A DNA stretch of 64,000 nt from Eledone cirrhosa (lineage: Eukaryota), in the NCBI GenBank assembly GCA_964016885.1, contig OZ024744.1:45260001-45324000 (forward strand). The letters are read 5' to 3'. Under the pieces are notes generated by a model. The model was not told the origin of the DNA, searched no databases, and saw only the letters and a program-made list of their open reading frames with translations. Position numbers and translations under genes: made by a program. Within the stretch, counting starts at the first letter, position 1. Each line of letters starts with the position of its first letter. This document shows, one piece after another, positions 1 through 13,023 of this stretch.

Positions 1-1532
1 AAGTGCTGAGAAGAAAGATGCATGGAAGAGCCATTATGATAGATTACTAAATGAGGAGAATGCATCTGAAGAAGAGACCCTACCCCAAGTAGACCCTATA
101 GAGGGGCCAGCAGTACAAGTCAGCAGCAGTGTAGTAAGTAAGGCAATCAAAGATATGAAGATGGGGAAGGCAACCGGTCCATCGGGTATAGCTGCCGAGA
201 TGCTGAAGGCATCTGGGTCTGTAGGAGGAGTTTAAGACCGGATATCCATGGGAACTCCTGTATGCAGATAACCTCACACTTATAGCTGAATCTATGGTAG
301 AACTAGAGAAGAAATTCCAAACTTGGAAGCAGTGACTAGAAAGAAAGGGTCTTAAAGTCAACATGACAAAGACTAAGGTCCTTGTAAGTAGACGAGAAAA
401 CAGAACCCAGATCCCTCAGGGAAATGGCCTTGCTCAGTATGTAGGAAAGGTGTAGGTAGGAACTCCATTCTCTGCCCCAAATGCAAACAATGGGTACACA
501 AGAGATGTTGCGGGATCTCAGGAAGCTTAATTAAGAATGTAGGCTTCACATGCAGCAGCTGTACTGGGACAGCAAGCAGCAAACAGCCACAGGAACCAAG
601 TACCACCAATCTCTGGGAGGGCTCTGTAGAAACAGTAGACAGCTTCTGCTACCTAGGTGACCGAATTAGCAGCAGAGAGGGTCGTTCATAAAGTACAATA
701 ACTAGGGTAAGAACGGGATGGAAGAAGTTCAGGGAACAACTGCCACTGCTAGCTGCAAAAGGCTTCTCCCTCAAAATGAAAGGCAGACTGTATGATGCGT
801 GTAACCGAACAGCAATGTTACATGGTAGTAACACATGGGCGCTGAAGGTGGAAGACTTATGTAGATTAGAAAGAAACAAAGCATGCATGCTCCGATGGAT
901 GTGTAATAGTAATATACGCGAACGGCAAAGCATAAATGAATTGAGAGAGAGACTGAGCATAAGAGGAATCAAATGCTGTGTGCAGGAGAGGCGGTTGCGT
1001 TGGTATGGACATGTGATGCGTATGAAGGATGACAGCTGCATAAAAAGGTGCAGAGCACTAGAAGTCAATGGAAACCGCAGAGTGGGGAGACCCAAGAAGA
1101 GTGGGATGAGGTGATAAAAACCGACGTTACCCAATTACACCTCTCAAAGGCGATGACACACGACCGTGACCTCTGGCATCGCGCAGTAATACAGAGTACC
1201 CGACCTCCCATGGGTACAAGCTGAAACATATAGGCAATATGAACCCTCACCCTCCCACTGCAAAGTGGTCGTGGAAGCGCCACGGCAAAAAAGCACCCAG
1301 CCCACATTGTAAAGTCAACGTGTAGGCGAAACGGAAAAAAGCACCCAGCACTCACGGTAAATGAGGTTGGTGTTAGGAAGAGCATCCAGCTGTAGAAATG
1401 AAGCCAAAATCAGTTCCTGTACGAGCCAGGCATGGTCGGCCGACCAGACACTGGCCACAACAGGACAACCCGTCTAACCAATGTTAGCATGGAAGAACGG
1501 ACGTAAAACGGTGATGATGATGATTATGATGA
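1..1532 (+). mobile_element. RTE-clade LINE, degenerate 3' part (family A), (GAT)n tail
   Basis: RT C-terminal motifs ([22 protein letters not shown]); internal deletion near 224 relative to the 8690-12025 copy. Confidence 0.9.
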
Positions 1533-1576
1533 TAATATACATATAGGTTTACTATGATTTTGTTTATATATTCTAG

Positions 1577-1636
1577 GTGACCATATTACCGTGTACCCTC
1601 CCAGGGCTGCAATGAAGCCTGAAACTACTCAAAAGA
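1577..1636 (+). CDS. Repeat exon 1, type A (60 nt): x-DHITVYPPRAAMKPETTQK
   Basis: ttctag|GTGACC...AAAAGA|gtaagt; phase 1-1, open. Confidence 0.75.
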
Positions 1637-1769
1637 GTAAGTTATAATTTAAACATCATGTAATAAGTTATTCAGTAACTTATTTAGGTTTTCAACAGTA
1701 AATTTATAACTACTTAATTCAGTCAACAATATCATGGAGGTTTACTATGATTTTGTTTATATATTCTAG

Positions 1770-1829
1770 GTGACCATATTACCGTGTACCCTCCCAGTGC
1801 TGCAATGAAGCCTGAAACTACTCAAAAGA
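1770..1829 (+). CDS. Repeat exon 2, type A (60 nt): S-DHITVYPPSAAMKPETTQK
   Basis: ttctag|...|gtaagt; 193-bp local duplicate of exon 1. Confidence 0.78.
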
Positions 1830-2528
1830 GTAAGTTATAATTTAAACATCATGTAATAAGTTATTCAGTAACTTATTTAGGTTTTCAACAGTAAATTTAT
1901 AACTACTTAATTCAGTTAACAATATCAAACTCTATATTATAAACTCCATAAAATAATCCAGAATAAACATTTTATTGACTTCCTCAAAGACCTTGTAATA
2001 ATGACAAAAGTATAGCTAGACTTTTTTAGGGCATTATCAGAGATAGCTGAGAAAGAATGACATTACATGTGATTCAAATGAGAACATAAATGTTACACTA
2101 GATTCATTGAGTTAGATTGAATTATTTCAGAGATCAGTATTCTCTTCTTTATCAAAACTTTATCCTACAGTTCTTCACAATTTCTTGTCACCCTTCATTG
2201 TTCATACGCTGCATCCTCTTCTCCAGTACTCTAAATATTTGGGTAAACCACTATATAAATCTGATTTTAAGCACCAGTGGGAAACTGTAGAATGTTTCTC
2301 TCATAATTCAAGACATCCCACATATGGCTAGCCACACTTTACTCGTTTTGGAAGTTTTTGATTTGTGGGAAAAGTAAGCATGTACTTGAGAGAACAAACC
2401 GTATAATTTGATCTAGTTGATTAAATAAATGACAACTCATTCTACCCTTTCTTCAACTTGACAACAAACTCTTCGCAAGAAAGCCTTCTAGCTTTTATTA
2501 TTCTTTTCTTCTGTAAATTTTTTTCCAG

Positions 2529-2594
2529 GTGTGACTCCTGTAGAGATCCTTGTCTCTGACTTAGGCACACATGTAAGAGGTGGATCAAAAGAAA
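2529..2594 (+). CDS. Repeat exon 3, type B (66 nt): S-VTPVEILVSDLGTHVRGGSKE
   Basis: ttttccag|GTGTGA...AAGAAA|gtaagt; phase 1-1, open. Confidence 0.8.
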
Positions 2595-3218
2595 GTAAGT
2601 TGTATTTCAAACCCATTCCTACCAGTTAGTACAGAAAACTATTACACGTGTTTCAACATTAATATCAAATTAACGTTATATTGTATATTTGTATACATTC
2701 TAAGTTTATGTAATGTGTATGGTGGACCTATTGAATAAAATTGTGTGTACATATATAAGTGAAGTGATGTTGGTATTATGTGTATGTTGATGTATACATA
2801 TAGGTATATTGGGTTGTATATTAATTCATTGTGTACCTGTTTGGGTGTGTTTCACCGGTGATGCTTTTTTGAGTGTGTGTGAGCTCTGTTTGTGTTTGTG
2901 TGAGTATGAGTTTGTGTGTGTGCAATCTCTGTGAGTGTGTATGTAAGAATAAATTTTCTTTATTAGGACTGTTGCCATGATTAGAAAATTTAGTAGTAAA
3001 TGTATATTTACGGATCTAAGTAGTTGGCGTCCTGAATCCTTTCACTATATGTAAATATATATATATAAATGGCAGTGGGAGTTTGGTCCATATATGTTTG
3101 GACCTGATGTATATATGTATATATCAGAGATAATGAATCTAATAACTCTTTCCTGTATTTGTAATGTTTTTTGTATATATACATGTAGGTTTACTATGAT
3201 TTTGTTTATATATTCTAG

Positions 3219-3278
3219 GTGACCATATTACACAGTCCCCTCGCATTGCCTCAATGGAAGCAAAATCATCTAAAAAGG
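3219..3278 (+). CDS. Repeat exon 4, type C (60 nt): S-DHITQSPRIASMEAKSSKK
   Basis: ttctag|...AAAAGG|gtaagt; open. Confidence 0.8.
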
Positions 3279-3413
3279 GTAAGTTATAGCTTGAACATCA
3301 TCTAATAAGTTATTGAGTAATTTATCCATTCTCTCTATATATAAATATATGTACAGAATTAGCCGTCGAAACGGCTTGAGCTCAGCCGTTGGGGTCTTAC
3401 TTACTCCTATAAA

Positions 3414-3444
<31 letters not shown>

Positions 3445-3598
3445 GCGAGGGACAGTGGGAGTTTGGTCCATATGAGTTTGCACTTGGTGTATATATGTAT
3501 ATATCAGAGATAATAAATCTAATAACTGTTTCCTGTATTTGTAATGTTATTTGTATATATACATGTAGGTTTACTATGATTTTGTTTATATATTCTAG

Positions 3599-3658
3599 GT
3601 GACCATATTACACAGTCACCTCGCATTGCTTCATTGGAAGCAAAATCATCTAAAAAGG
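3599..3658 (+). CDS. Repeat exon 5, type C (60 nt): G-DHITQSPRIASLEAKSSKK
   Basis: Canonical splice sites, open in phase 1. Confidence 0.8.
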
Positions 3659-3724
3659 GTAAGTTATAGTTTGAACATCATCTAATAAGTTATTCAGTAA
3701 TTTATCCATTCTGTCTATATGTAA

Positions 3725-4223
3725 ATATATGTATATCATCATCATCATCATAGTTTAACGTCCATCTTCCACGCTTGCATGGGTTTGGACGGGAGTTTTC
3801 CCACTTGAGGCAAGACTGGTTGTCTTGCTCACACAGGACCGTCTGGCGTGATGTCTACGGCTGGATGGCCTTCCAAACAACAACCGCGTTTACAGTGTGG
3901 ACTGGGGGTTTTTGCCATGTTACCTACATGGCCACATTACAGCATGGACTGTATGTTTTTTTGTCGTGACACCTACACGACCTCCTTTGTTTCGGACTGG
4001 GTGTTGTGGTACCAACAAAACTTTAATATTGAAAAGGGTGGAGTGGATGGGGTGGGGGTAGTGGTACGGGGTGTATTTTTGTTACAGTTACCTACTGACT
4101 GTAGTAGGTTTCACTTTGTACTTATCTAAGGCGGGCCTTCTGTATTACTGTGTAGTGCCAAAGATCTCGGTCCAGTGACATTGTCTTGGAGAGGTGTAAG
4201 TGTGTGAGGTCGGAATTTATCAA

Positions 4224-4225
<2 letters not shown>
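3725..4225 (-). mobile_element. RTE 3'-end fragment (co-duplicated at about 6385-6875)
   Basis: (CAT)n tail, RTE 3' UTR and ORF end (HLSKTMSLDRDLW). Confidence 0.85.
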
Positions 4226-4255
<30 letters not shown>

Positions 4256-4408
4256 GCCAGGGACAGAGGGAGTTTGGTCCATTTGTGTTTGGACCTGGTG
4301 TGTATATGTATATATCAGAGATAATTAATCTAATAACTGTTTCCCTGTATTTGTAATGTTATTTGTATATACATGTAGGTTTACTATGATGTTGTTTATA
4401 TATTCTAG

Positions 4409-4468
4409 GTGACCATATTACCGTGTACCCTCCCAGTGCTGCAATGAAGCCTGAAACTACTCAAAAGA
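4409..4468 (+). CDS. Repeat exon 6, type A (60 nt): G-DHITVYPPSAAMKPETTQK
   Basis: Canonical splice sites, open in phase 1. Confidence 0.8.
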
Positions 4469-5179
4469 GTAAGTTATAATTTAAACATCATGTAATAAGT
4501 TATTCAGTAATTTATTTAGGTTTTCAACAGTAAATTTATAACTACTTAATTCAGTCAACAATATCAAACTCTCTATTATAAACTCCATAAAATAATCCAG
4601 AATAAACATTTTATTGACTTCCTCAAAGACTTTGTAATGAAGACAAAAGTATAGCTAGAGTTTTTTAGGGCATTATCAGAGATAGCTGAGAAAGAATGAC
4701 ATTACATGTGATTCAAATGAGAAGATAAATGTTACACAAGATTCATTGAGGTAGATTGAATTATTTCAGAGATCAGTATTCTCTTCTTTATCAAAACTTT
4801 ATCTTACAGTTCTTCACAATTTCTTGTCACCCTTCATTGTTCATACGCTGCATCCTCTTCTCCACTACATCTGCCAGTACCCTAAATATTTGGGTAAACC
4901 ACTATATAAATCTGATTTTAAGGACCAGTGGGAAACTGTAGAATGTTTCTCTCATAATTCAAGACATCCCACATATGACTAACCACACTTTACTCCTTTT
5001 GGAAGTTTTAGATTTGTGGGAAAAGTAAGCATGTCTTTGAGCGAACAAACCGTATAATTTGATCTAGTTGATTTAATAAATGACAACTCATTCTACCCTT
5101 TCTTCAACTTGTCAACAAACTCTTCTCAAGAAAGCCTTCTAGCTTTTATTATTCTTTTCTTCTGTATATTTTTTTCCAG

Positions 5180-5245
5180 GTGTGACTCCTGTAGAGATCC
5201 TTGTCTCTGACTCAGGCACACACGTAAGAGGTGGATCAAAAGAAA
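5180..5245 (+). CDS. Repeat exon 7, type B (66 nt): S-VTPVEILVSDSGTHVRGGSKE
   Basis: Canonical splice sites, open in phase 1. Confidence 0.8.
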
Positions 5246-5869
5246 GTAAGTTGTATTTCAAACCCATTCCTACCAGTTAGTACAGAAAACTATTACACGT
5301 GTTTCAATATTAATATCAAATTAACGGTATATTGTATATTTGTATACATTCTAAGTTTATGTAATGTGTATGGTGGACCTATTGAATAAAATTGTGTGTA
5401 CATATATAAGTGAAGTGATGTTGGTATTATGTGTATGTTGATGTATACATATAGGTATATTGGGTTGTATATTAATTCATTGTGTACCTGTTTGGGTGTG
5501 TTTCACCGGTGATGATTTTTTGAGTGTGTGTGTGCTCTGTTTGTGTTTGTGTGAGTATGAGTTTGTGTGTGTGCAATCTCTGTGAGTGTGTATGTAAGAA
5601 TAAATTTTCTTTATTAGGACTGTTGCCATGATTAGAAAATTTAGTAGTAAATGTATATTTACGGATCTAAGTAGTTGGCGTCCTGAATCCTTTCACTATA
5701 TGTAAATATATATATATAAATGGCAGTGGGAGTTTGGTCCATATATGTTTGGACCTGGTGTATATATGTATATGTCAGAGATAATGAATCTAATAACTCT
5801 TTCCTGTATTTGTAATGTTATTTGTATATATACATGTAGGTTTACTATGATTTTGTTTATATATTCTAG

Positions 5870-5929
5870 GGGACCATATTACACAGTCCCCTCGCATTGC
5901 TTCAATGGAAGCAAAATCATCTAAAAAGG
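5870..5929 (+). CDS. Repeat exon 8, type C (60 nt): R-DHITQSPRIASMEAKSSKK
   Basis: Canonical splice sites, open in phase 1. Confidence 0.8.
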
Positions 5930-6248
5930 GTAAGTTATAGTTTGAACATCATCTAATAAGTTATTGAGTAATTTATCCATTCTGTCTATATATAACTATA
6001 TGTACAGAATTAGCCGTCGAAACGGCTTGAGCTCAGCCGTCGGGGTCTTACTTACTCCTATAAATATATGTATATATATATATATATATATATGCGAGGG
6101 TCAATGGGAGTTTGGTCCATATGAGTTTGCACCTGGTGTATATATGTATATATCAGAGATAATGAATCTAATAACTGATTCCATGTATTTGTAATGTTAT
6201 TTGTATATAAACATGTAGGTTTACTATGATTTTGTTTATATATTCTAG

Positions 6249-6308
6249 GTGACCATATTACACAGTCCCCTCGCATTGCTTCATTGGAAGCAAAATCATC
6301 TAAAAAGG
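6249..6308 (+). CDS. Repeat exon 9, type C (60 nt): G-DHITQSPRIASLEAKSSKK
   Basis: Canonical splice sites, open in phase 1. Confidence 0.8.
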
Positions 6309-6874
6309 GTAAGTTATAGTTTGAACATCATCTAATAAGTTATTCAGTAATTTATCCATTCTGTCTATATGTAAATATATGTATATCATCATCATCATCA
6401 TAGTTTAACGTCCATCTTCCACGCTTGCATGGGTTTGGACGGGAGTTTTCCCACTTGAGGCAAAACTGGTTGACTTGCTCACACAGGACCGTCTGGCGTG
6501 ATGTCTACGGCTGGATGGCCTTCCGAACAACAACCACGTTTACAGTGCGGACTGGGAGGTTTTTACCATGTTACCTACATGGCCACATTACAGCATGGAC
6601 TGTATGTTTTTTTGTCGTGACACCTACACGACCTCATTTTTTCGGACTGGATGTCGTGGTACCAACAAAACTTTAATATTGAAAAGGGTGGTGTGGATGG
6701 GGTGGGGGTAGTGGTACGGGGGTGTATTTTTGTTAGAGGTACCTACTGACTGTAGTAGGTTTCACTTTGTACTTAGCTAAGGCGGGCCTTCTGTATTACT
6801 GTGTAGCGCCAAAGATCTCGGTCCAGTGACATTGTCTTGGAGAGGTGTAAGTGTGTGAGGTCGGAATTTATCAA

Positions 6875-6906
<32 letters not shown>

Positions 6907-7061
6907 GCCAGGGACAGAGGGAGTTTGGTCCATTTGTGTTTGGACCTGGTGTGTATATGTATATATCAGAGATAATGAATCTAATAACTGATTCCCTGTA
7001 TTTGTAATGTTTTTTGTATATATACATGTTGGTTTACTATGATGTTGTTTATATATTCTAG

Positions 7062-7121
7062 GTGACCATATTACCGTGTACCCTCCCAGTGCTGCAATGA
7101 AGCCTGAAACTACTCAAAAGA
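7062..7121 (+). CDS. Repeat exon 10, type A (60 nt): G-DHITVYPPSAAMKPETTQK
   Basis: Canonical splice sites, open in phase 1. Confidence 0.8.
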
Positions 7122-7820
7122 GTAAGTTATAATTTAAACATCATGTAATAAGTTATTCAGTAACTTAATTAGGTTTTCAACAGTAAATTTATAACTACTT
7201 AATTCAGTCAACAATATCAAACTCTCTATTATAAACTCCATAAAATAATCCAGAATAAACATTTTATTGACTTCCTCAAAGACCTTGTAATGATGACAAA
7301 AGTATAGCTAGACTTTTTTAGGGCATTATCAGAGATAACTGAGAAAGAATGACATTACATGTGATTCAAATGAGAAGATAAATGTTACACTAGATTCATT
7401 GAGTTAGATTGAATTATTTCAGAGATCAGTATTCTCTTCTTTATTAAAACTTTATCCTACAGTTCTTCACAATTTCTTGTCACCCTTCATTGTTCATACG
7501 CTGCATCCTCTTCTCCAGTACCCTAAATATTTGGGTAAACCACTATATAAATCTGATTTTAAGCACCAGTGGGAAACTGTAGAATGTTTCTCTCATAATT
7601 CAAGACATCCCACATAAGGCTAGCCACACTTTACTCGTTTTGGAAGTTTTTGATTTGTGGGAAAAGTAAGCATGTACTTGAGAGAACAAACCATATAATT
7701 TGATCTAGTTGATTTAATAAATGACAACTCATTCTACCCTTTCTTCAACTTGACAACAAACTCTTCTCAAGAAAGCCTTCTAGCTTTTATTATTCTTTTC
7801 TTCTGTATATTTTTTTCCAG

Positions 7821-7886
7821 GTGTGACTCCTGTAGAGATCTTTGTCTCTGACTCAGGCACACACATAAGAGGTGGATCAAAAGAAA
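7821..7886 (+). CDS. Repeat exon 11, type B (66 nt): S-VTPVEIFVSDSGTHIRGGSKE
   Basis: Canonical splice sites, open in phase 1. Confidence 0.8.
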
Positions 7887-8518
7887 GTAAGTTGTATTTC
7901 AAACCCATTCCTACCAGTTAGTACAGAAAACTATTACACGTGTTTCAACATTAATATCAACTTAACGTTATATTGTATATTTGTATACATTCTAAGTTTA
8001 TGTAATGTGTATGGTGGACCTATTGAATAAAATTTTGTGTACATATATAAGTGAAGTGATGTTGGTATTATGTGTATGTTGATGTATACATATAGGTATA
8101 TTGGGTTGTATATTAATTCATTGTGTACCTGTTTGGGTGTGTTTCACCGTTGATGCTTTTTTGAGTGTGTGTGAGCCCTGTTTGTGTTTGTGTGAGTGTG
8201 AGTTTGTGTGTGTGCAATCTCTGTGCGTGTGTATGTAAGAATAAATTTGCTTTATTAGGACTGTTGCCATGATTATAGAAAATTTAGTAGTAAATGTATA
8301 TTTACGGATCTAAGTAGTTGGCGTCCTGAATCCTTTCACTATATATAAATATATATATATAAATGGCAGTGGCAGTAGGAGTTTGGTCCATATATGTTTG
8401 GACCTGGTGTATATATGTATATATCAGAGATAATGAATCTAATAACTGTTTCCTGTATTTGTAATGTTATTTGTATATATACATGTAGGTTTACTATGAT
8501 TTTGTTTATATATTCTAG

Positions 8519-8578
8519 GTGACCATATTACAGTGTCCTCTCGCATTGCTTCAATAGAGAAAATATCAACTAAAAAGG
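8519..8578 (+). CDS. Repeat exon 12, type C (60 nt): S-DHITVSSRIASIEKISTKK
   Basis: Canonical splice sites, open in phase 1. Confidence 0.78.
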
Positions 8579-8645
8579 GTAAGTTATAATTTGAACATCA
8601 TCTTAAAAGTTATTCAGTAATTTATCCATTCTCTCTATATATAAA

Positions 8646-8677
<32 letters not shown>

Positions 8678-8689
8678 GATATATATATG

Positions 8690-11600
8690 CGAGCTACCAA
8701 GCACCCATGTGAAGCACCAATCCAGTTGACAAATGCCCAAAACTCCGAGTTGGTACCATCAATGTAAGCACAATGTAAGCACAATGCTAGAGCGAAAGGA
8801 AATTGATGTATGCTGTGTGCAAGAGACTAGATGGAGAGGAGAGTCTGATAGAGTCCTTGTAGGAAAAAGTCGGTGCTACAAATTTTTCTGGGTGGGAAAT
8901 GACGATGGGATGGGTGGTGTAGGTATACTATTAGCTGACAAATGGGTAGATAAAGTAATCTCAGTGTACAGTGTAAATGCAAGAATCATTAAACTCAGAC
9001 TAGTCCTGAATAAAACAATTACCACAATAATATCAGCTTATGCACCCCAATCGGGGTTGCCAGACGAATTTAAGGATAGTTTCACGAGTCCCTAATGCAC
9101 ACTACTGCTCTAACAAACGACAATGACATCCTAATCATCACAGGAGATTTTTACGGACACGTAGGTAAACACTGCGACGGCTTCAATAGAGTCCATTGAG
9201 GCCATGGGGTTGGCACAAGAAATGAGGAAGGATTCAGACTTCTAGAATTCTTCGACGCCAATGACATGTCGATATGTAACACAAACTTCTAAAAACCCGA
9301 CAACCACCTGATCACCTATAGATCTGGGGAGAATTCTAGTCAGATAGATTTTATCCTCATCAGAGGATGTGACAGATGGACGGTCGTAAACACAAAAGCC
9401 TTCCCTAGTGAGGAATGTACATCTCAATATAGCTTAGTTGTCAGCGACCTCACAGTCAGAACTAGACGAACCTGGAAACAGGCCAACCTGGAGAAGAAAG
9501 ATCTGGAAGCTGAAAGACCCCTCAACCGGTAACAGATTTAAAGATATTTTACTCAACGCCTAAAACAGTAAAGAAGAACAGATAGTGACATTCAATGTAG
9601 AAGAGAACTGGGAGTTCCTAAAAAATATCTTACTAGAGGCGACGGATGAAGTCTGTGGTTGGAGTAAGACCACAAGGAGGAGAGTGACTTGGTAGTAGAA
9701 CAATAAGGTAGATGAGGCAGTTAAGGCTAAGAGACAGGCATGGAAAGAATGGAAGAATGGGGGACGCAGGGTACATTACATAGAGACCAAAAGGGAAGCT
9801 AGGCGACAAGTCTACTTAGCTAGGAGGGAAGCAGAGGATAGAAAATTCAAGCATGTTTTGCAACGTGAGGACCAGAAACGGGAGGTGTTCAAGATTGTGA
9901 GGCAGTGTGTCAGAGAGAATTGTGATGTCATTGGAGAGAAGTGTATCCGGAATGATAAAGGTGAGCTTGCCTTCACAAGTGCTAAGAAGAAAGATGCATG
10001 GAAGAGTCATTATGATAGATTACTAAATGAGGAGAATGCATGGGAAGAAGAGACCCTACCCCAAGTAGACCCTATAGAGAGGCCAGCAGTACAAGTCAGC
10101 AGCAGCGTATTAAGTAAGGCAATCAAAGATATGAAGATGGGGCAGGCAACCGGTCCATTGAGTATAGCTGCCGAGATGCTGAAGACATCTGGGTCTGTAG
10201 GTCACACTATAACCACACGTATATTTAACCAGGTAATACTAGAAGGTATCATACCAAAAGATTGGTGCAGTAGCATCATTGTCAACTGCTACAAAGGTAA
10301 AGGTGATGCACTAGATAGAGGAAACTATAGAGGTATAAAGCTGATGGACCATGTTATGAAAGTAACAGAAAGAGTTATAGCACAGTTGATTAGGGACCGG
10401 GTGAAACAAGACGAGATGCAATTTGGGTTTATACCAGGAACAGGTACCACTGATGCCCTCTTCCTTGTCAGGCATTTACAGGAAAAGTACCTAGCTAAAA
10501 GTAAGCCACTCTACCTGGCATTTGTCGATCTTGAGAAAGCCTTTGACAGAGTTCCACGTGCTGTAATCTGGTGGGCTCTTAGAAAACTAGGAGTAGATGA
10601 ATGGCTTGTGAAAGCGGTACAAGCCATGTATAGGGGAGCAGTCAGCAAAGTTAGGATTAGCAATGGGAATAGCGAGGAATTTAGCGTACAGGTTGGGTTC
10701 CACCAGTGCTCTGTTCTGAGCCCCCTCCTGTTCATCATAGGCCTGCAGGCAATAACGGAGGAGTTTAAGACCGGATGCCCATGGGAACTCCTGTATGCTG
10801 ATGACTTCGCACTTATAGCTGAATCTATGGTAGAACTAGAGAAGAAATTCCAAACTTGGAAGCAGGGACTAGAAAGAAAGGGTCTCAAAGTCAACATGAC
10901 AAAGACTAAGGTCCTTGTAAGTAGACGAGAAAACAGAACCCAGATCCCCTCAGGGAAATGGCCTTGCTCAGTATGTAGGAAAGGTGTAGGTAGGAACTCC
11001 ATTCTCTGCCCCAAATGCAAACAATGGCGACACAAGAGATGTAGCGGGATCTCAGGAAGCTTAATTAAGAATGTAGGCTTCACATGCAGCAGCTGTGCTG
11101 GGACAGCAAGCAGCAAACAGCCACAGGAAACAAGTACCACCAATCTCTGGGAGGGCTCTGCAGAAACAGTAGACAGCTTCTGCTACCTAGGTGACCGAAT
11201 TAGCAGCGGAGGTGGGTGTTCAGAATGTACAATAATTAGGGTAAGAACGGGATGGAAGAAGTTTAGGGAACTACTACCACTGCTAGCTGCAAATGGCTTC
11301 TCCCTCAAAATGAAAGGCAGACTGTATGATGCGTGTATCTGAACAGCGATGTTGCATGGTAGTGAGACCTGGGCGCTGAAGGAAGAAGACTTATGTAGCT
11401 TAGAGAGAAACGAAGCCCGCATGCTCCGATGGATGTGTAATAGTAATATACGCGAACGACAAAGCATAAATGAATTGAGAAAGAGACTGAGCATAAGAGG
11501 AGTCAAATGCTGTGTGCAGGAGAGGCGGTTGCGTTGGTATGGACATGTGATGAGTATGAAGGATGACAGCTGCATAAAAAGGTGCAGAGCACTAGAAGTC

Positions 11601-12022
11601 GATGGAAACCGCGGAGTGGGGAGACCCAAGATGACCTGAGATGAGGTGATAAAAGCCGATCTTACCAGATTACACCTCTCAAAGGCGATGACACATGACC
11701 GTGACCTCTGGCGTCACGCAGTAATACAGAATACTCGACCTCCCATGGGTACAAGCTGAAGCATATAGACAATATGCCCCCACACCCGCCACGGCAAAAA
11801 AGCACCCAGCCCACACTGTAAAGTGGATGCGTAGGCACCACGAAAAAGCACCCAGCACTCACTGTAAATGAGGTTGGTGTTGGGAAGGGCATCCAGCTGT
11901 AGAAATCAAGCCGAATGAGTTCCTGTATGAGCAAGGCATGGTCAGCCGACCAGACACTGCCCACAACAGGACAACCCGTCTAACCCATGCTAGCGTGGAG
12001 GAACGGACGTAAAACGGTGATG

Positions 12023-12025
<3 letters not shown>
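8690..12025 (+). mobile_element. Near full-length RTE-clade LINE (APE + RT), disrupted by stops and frameshifts
   Basis: APE motifs VQETRW, GVGIL, SAYAPQ (8733-9095); RT with FVDLEKAFD and LYADD (9858-11342); GAT tail; flanked by (TA)n. Confidence 0.95.
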
Positions 12026-12103
<78 letters not shown>

Positions 12104-12110
12104 ATATATA

Positions 12111-12740
12111 GGCAGAACCAGAAAAACATGGGACGAGCTGATAAATTCCGACCTCGCACGCTTACACCTCTCCAAGACAATGTCACTGGACCGAGACCTT
12201 TGGCGGTACTCAGTAATAGAGAAGACCCGCCTTACCTAAATACAAAGTTAAAACCTACTACAGTCAGTAGGCATCTCTATCAAAACACCCCCCCGTCCCA
12301 CCACCTCCACCCCATCCAGACCGCCCCTTTCAATGTAAAGTTATGTTGGCCCCCAACATCCAGGCCGAAACAAATGAGATCGTGTAGGTATCACGATAAA
12401 AAAACACACAGTCCATGCTGTAAATGTGGCCGTGTAGGCAACACGGTAAAAACCTCCCAGCCCCACACTGTAAATGTGGTTGGTGTTAGGAAGGGCATCC
12501 AGCTGTAGAAAACCCGCCAGACAGTCCACGCTGTAATGTGGCCGTGTAGGCAACACGGTAAAAACCTCCCAGCCCCACACTGTAAATGTGGTTGGTGTTA
12601 GGAAGGGCATCCAACTGTAGAAAACCCGCCAGACAGTCCTATGCGAGCAAGACAACCACTCTTGCCTCAAGTGGGAAAACCCCCGTCCAAACCCATGCAA
12701 GCGTGGAACACGGACGCTAAACCTGATGATGATGATGATG
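12111..12740 (+). mobile_element. RTE 3'-end fragment (family B) with internal ~116-bp duplication
   Basis: Matches the 3' end of 23740-26720; (GAT)n tail. Confidence 0.85.
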
Positions 12741-12844
12741 ATATATATACATACATATATACATACATACATAGGTTTTTATCTCCTCATCCCAGATCAT
12801 CTTGGGTCTCCCCACTCCGCGGTTTCCATCGACTTCTAGTGCTG

Positions 12845-13010
12845 TGCACCTGAGCACTTTACACAATAATTTCATTATTATGTGTATATCATGACTCATG
12901 CACTGTTCATTTTCCTGATATTTGTACATTACCCTATGTACTATACATACACTTTTTGATGAGTTGAAGTGCACCTGAGCACTGTACACAATATTTCATT
13001 ATTATTATTA
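12845..13010 (+). mobile_element. CR1-like LINE 3' UTR fragment
   Basis: Reverse complement of 29540-29670; (ATT)n tail. Confidence 0.6.
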
Positions 13011-13023
13011 TTTATACATATAT

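Larger units (their letters stand above)
1740..8690 (+). repeat. Higher-order tandem repeat, about 2.65-kb unit (exons A-B-C-C plus RTE 3' fragment), about 2.6 copies
   Basis: Exon spacings 1770/4409/7062, 2529/5180/7821, 3219/5870/8519; introns near-identical by eye. Confidence 0.92.

Noticed and set aside
3085-3105. Recurrent intronic GGTCCA...TGGACC hairpin upstream of 60-nt exons
   Set aside because: Only 6 bp, broken without compensation in several copies; recurrence is explained by duplication.
2529-3658. Tau/MAP (KxGS) or prohormone (KK cleavage) identity for the repeat protein
   Set aside because: RGGSKE lacks the PGGG context and dibasic sites are not present in all modules; similarity is too weak to name a family.
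1577-8690. Regularly spaced repeats resembling a CRISPR array
   Set aside because: Eukaryotic context, no cas genes, and the spacers are themselves repeated; the units carry splice signals.
10511-11629. Long antisense ORFs over RTE RT
   Set aside because: Shadow frames of the LINE ORF, broken at different places in different copies.
11980-12508. YIYIYI, RERERE and SLSLSL ORFs here and elsewhere
   Set aside because: Dinucleotide microsatellite artefacts.
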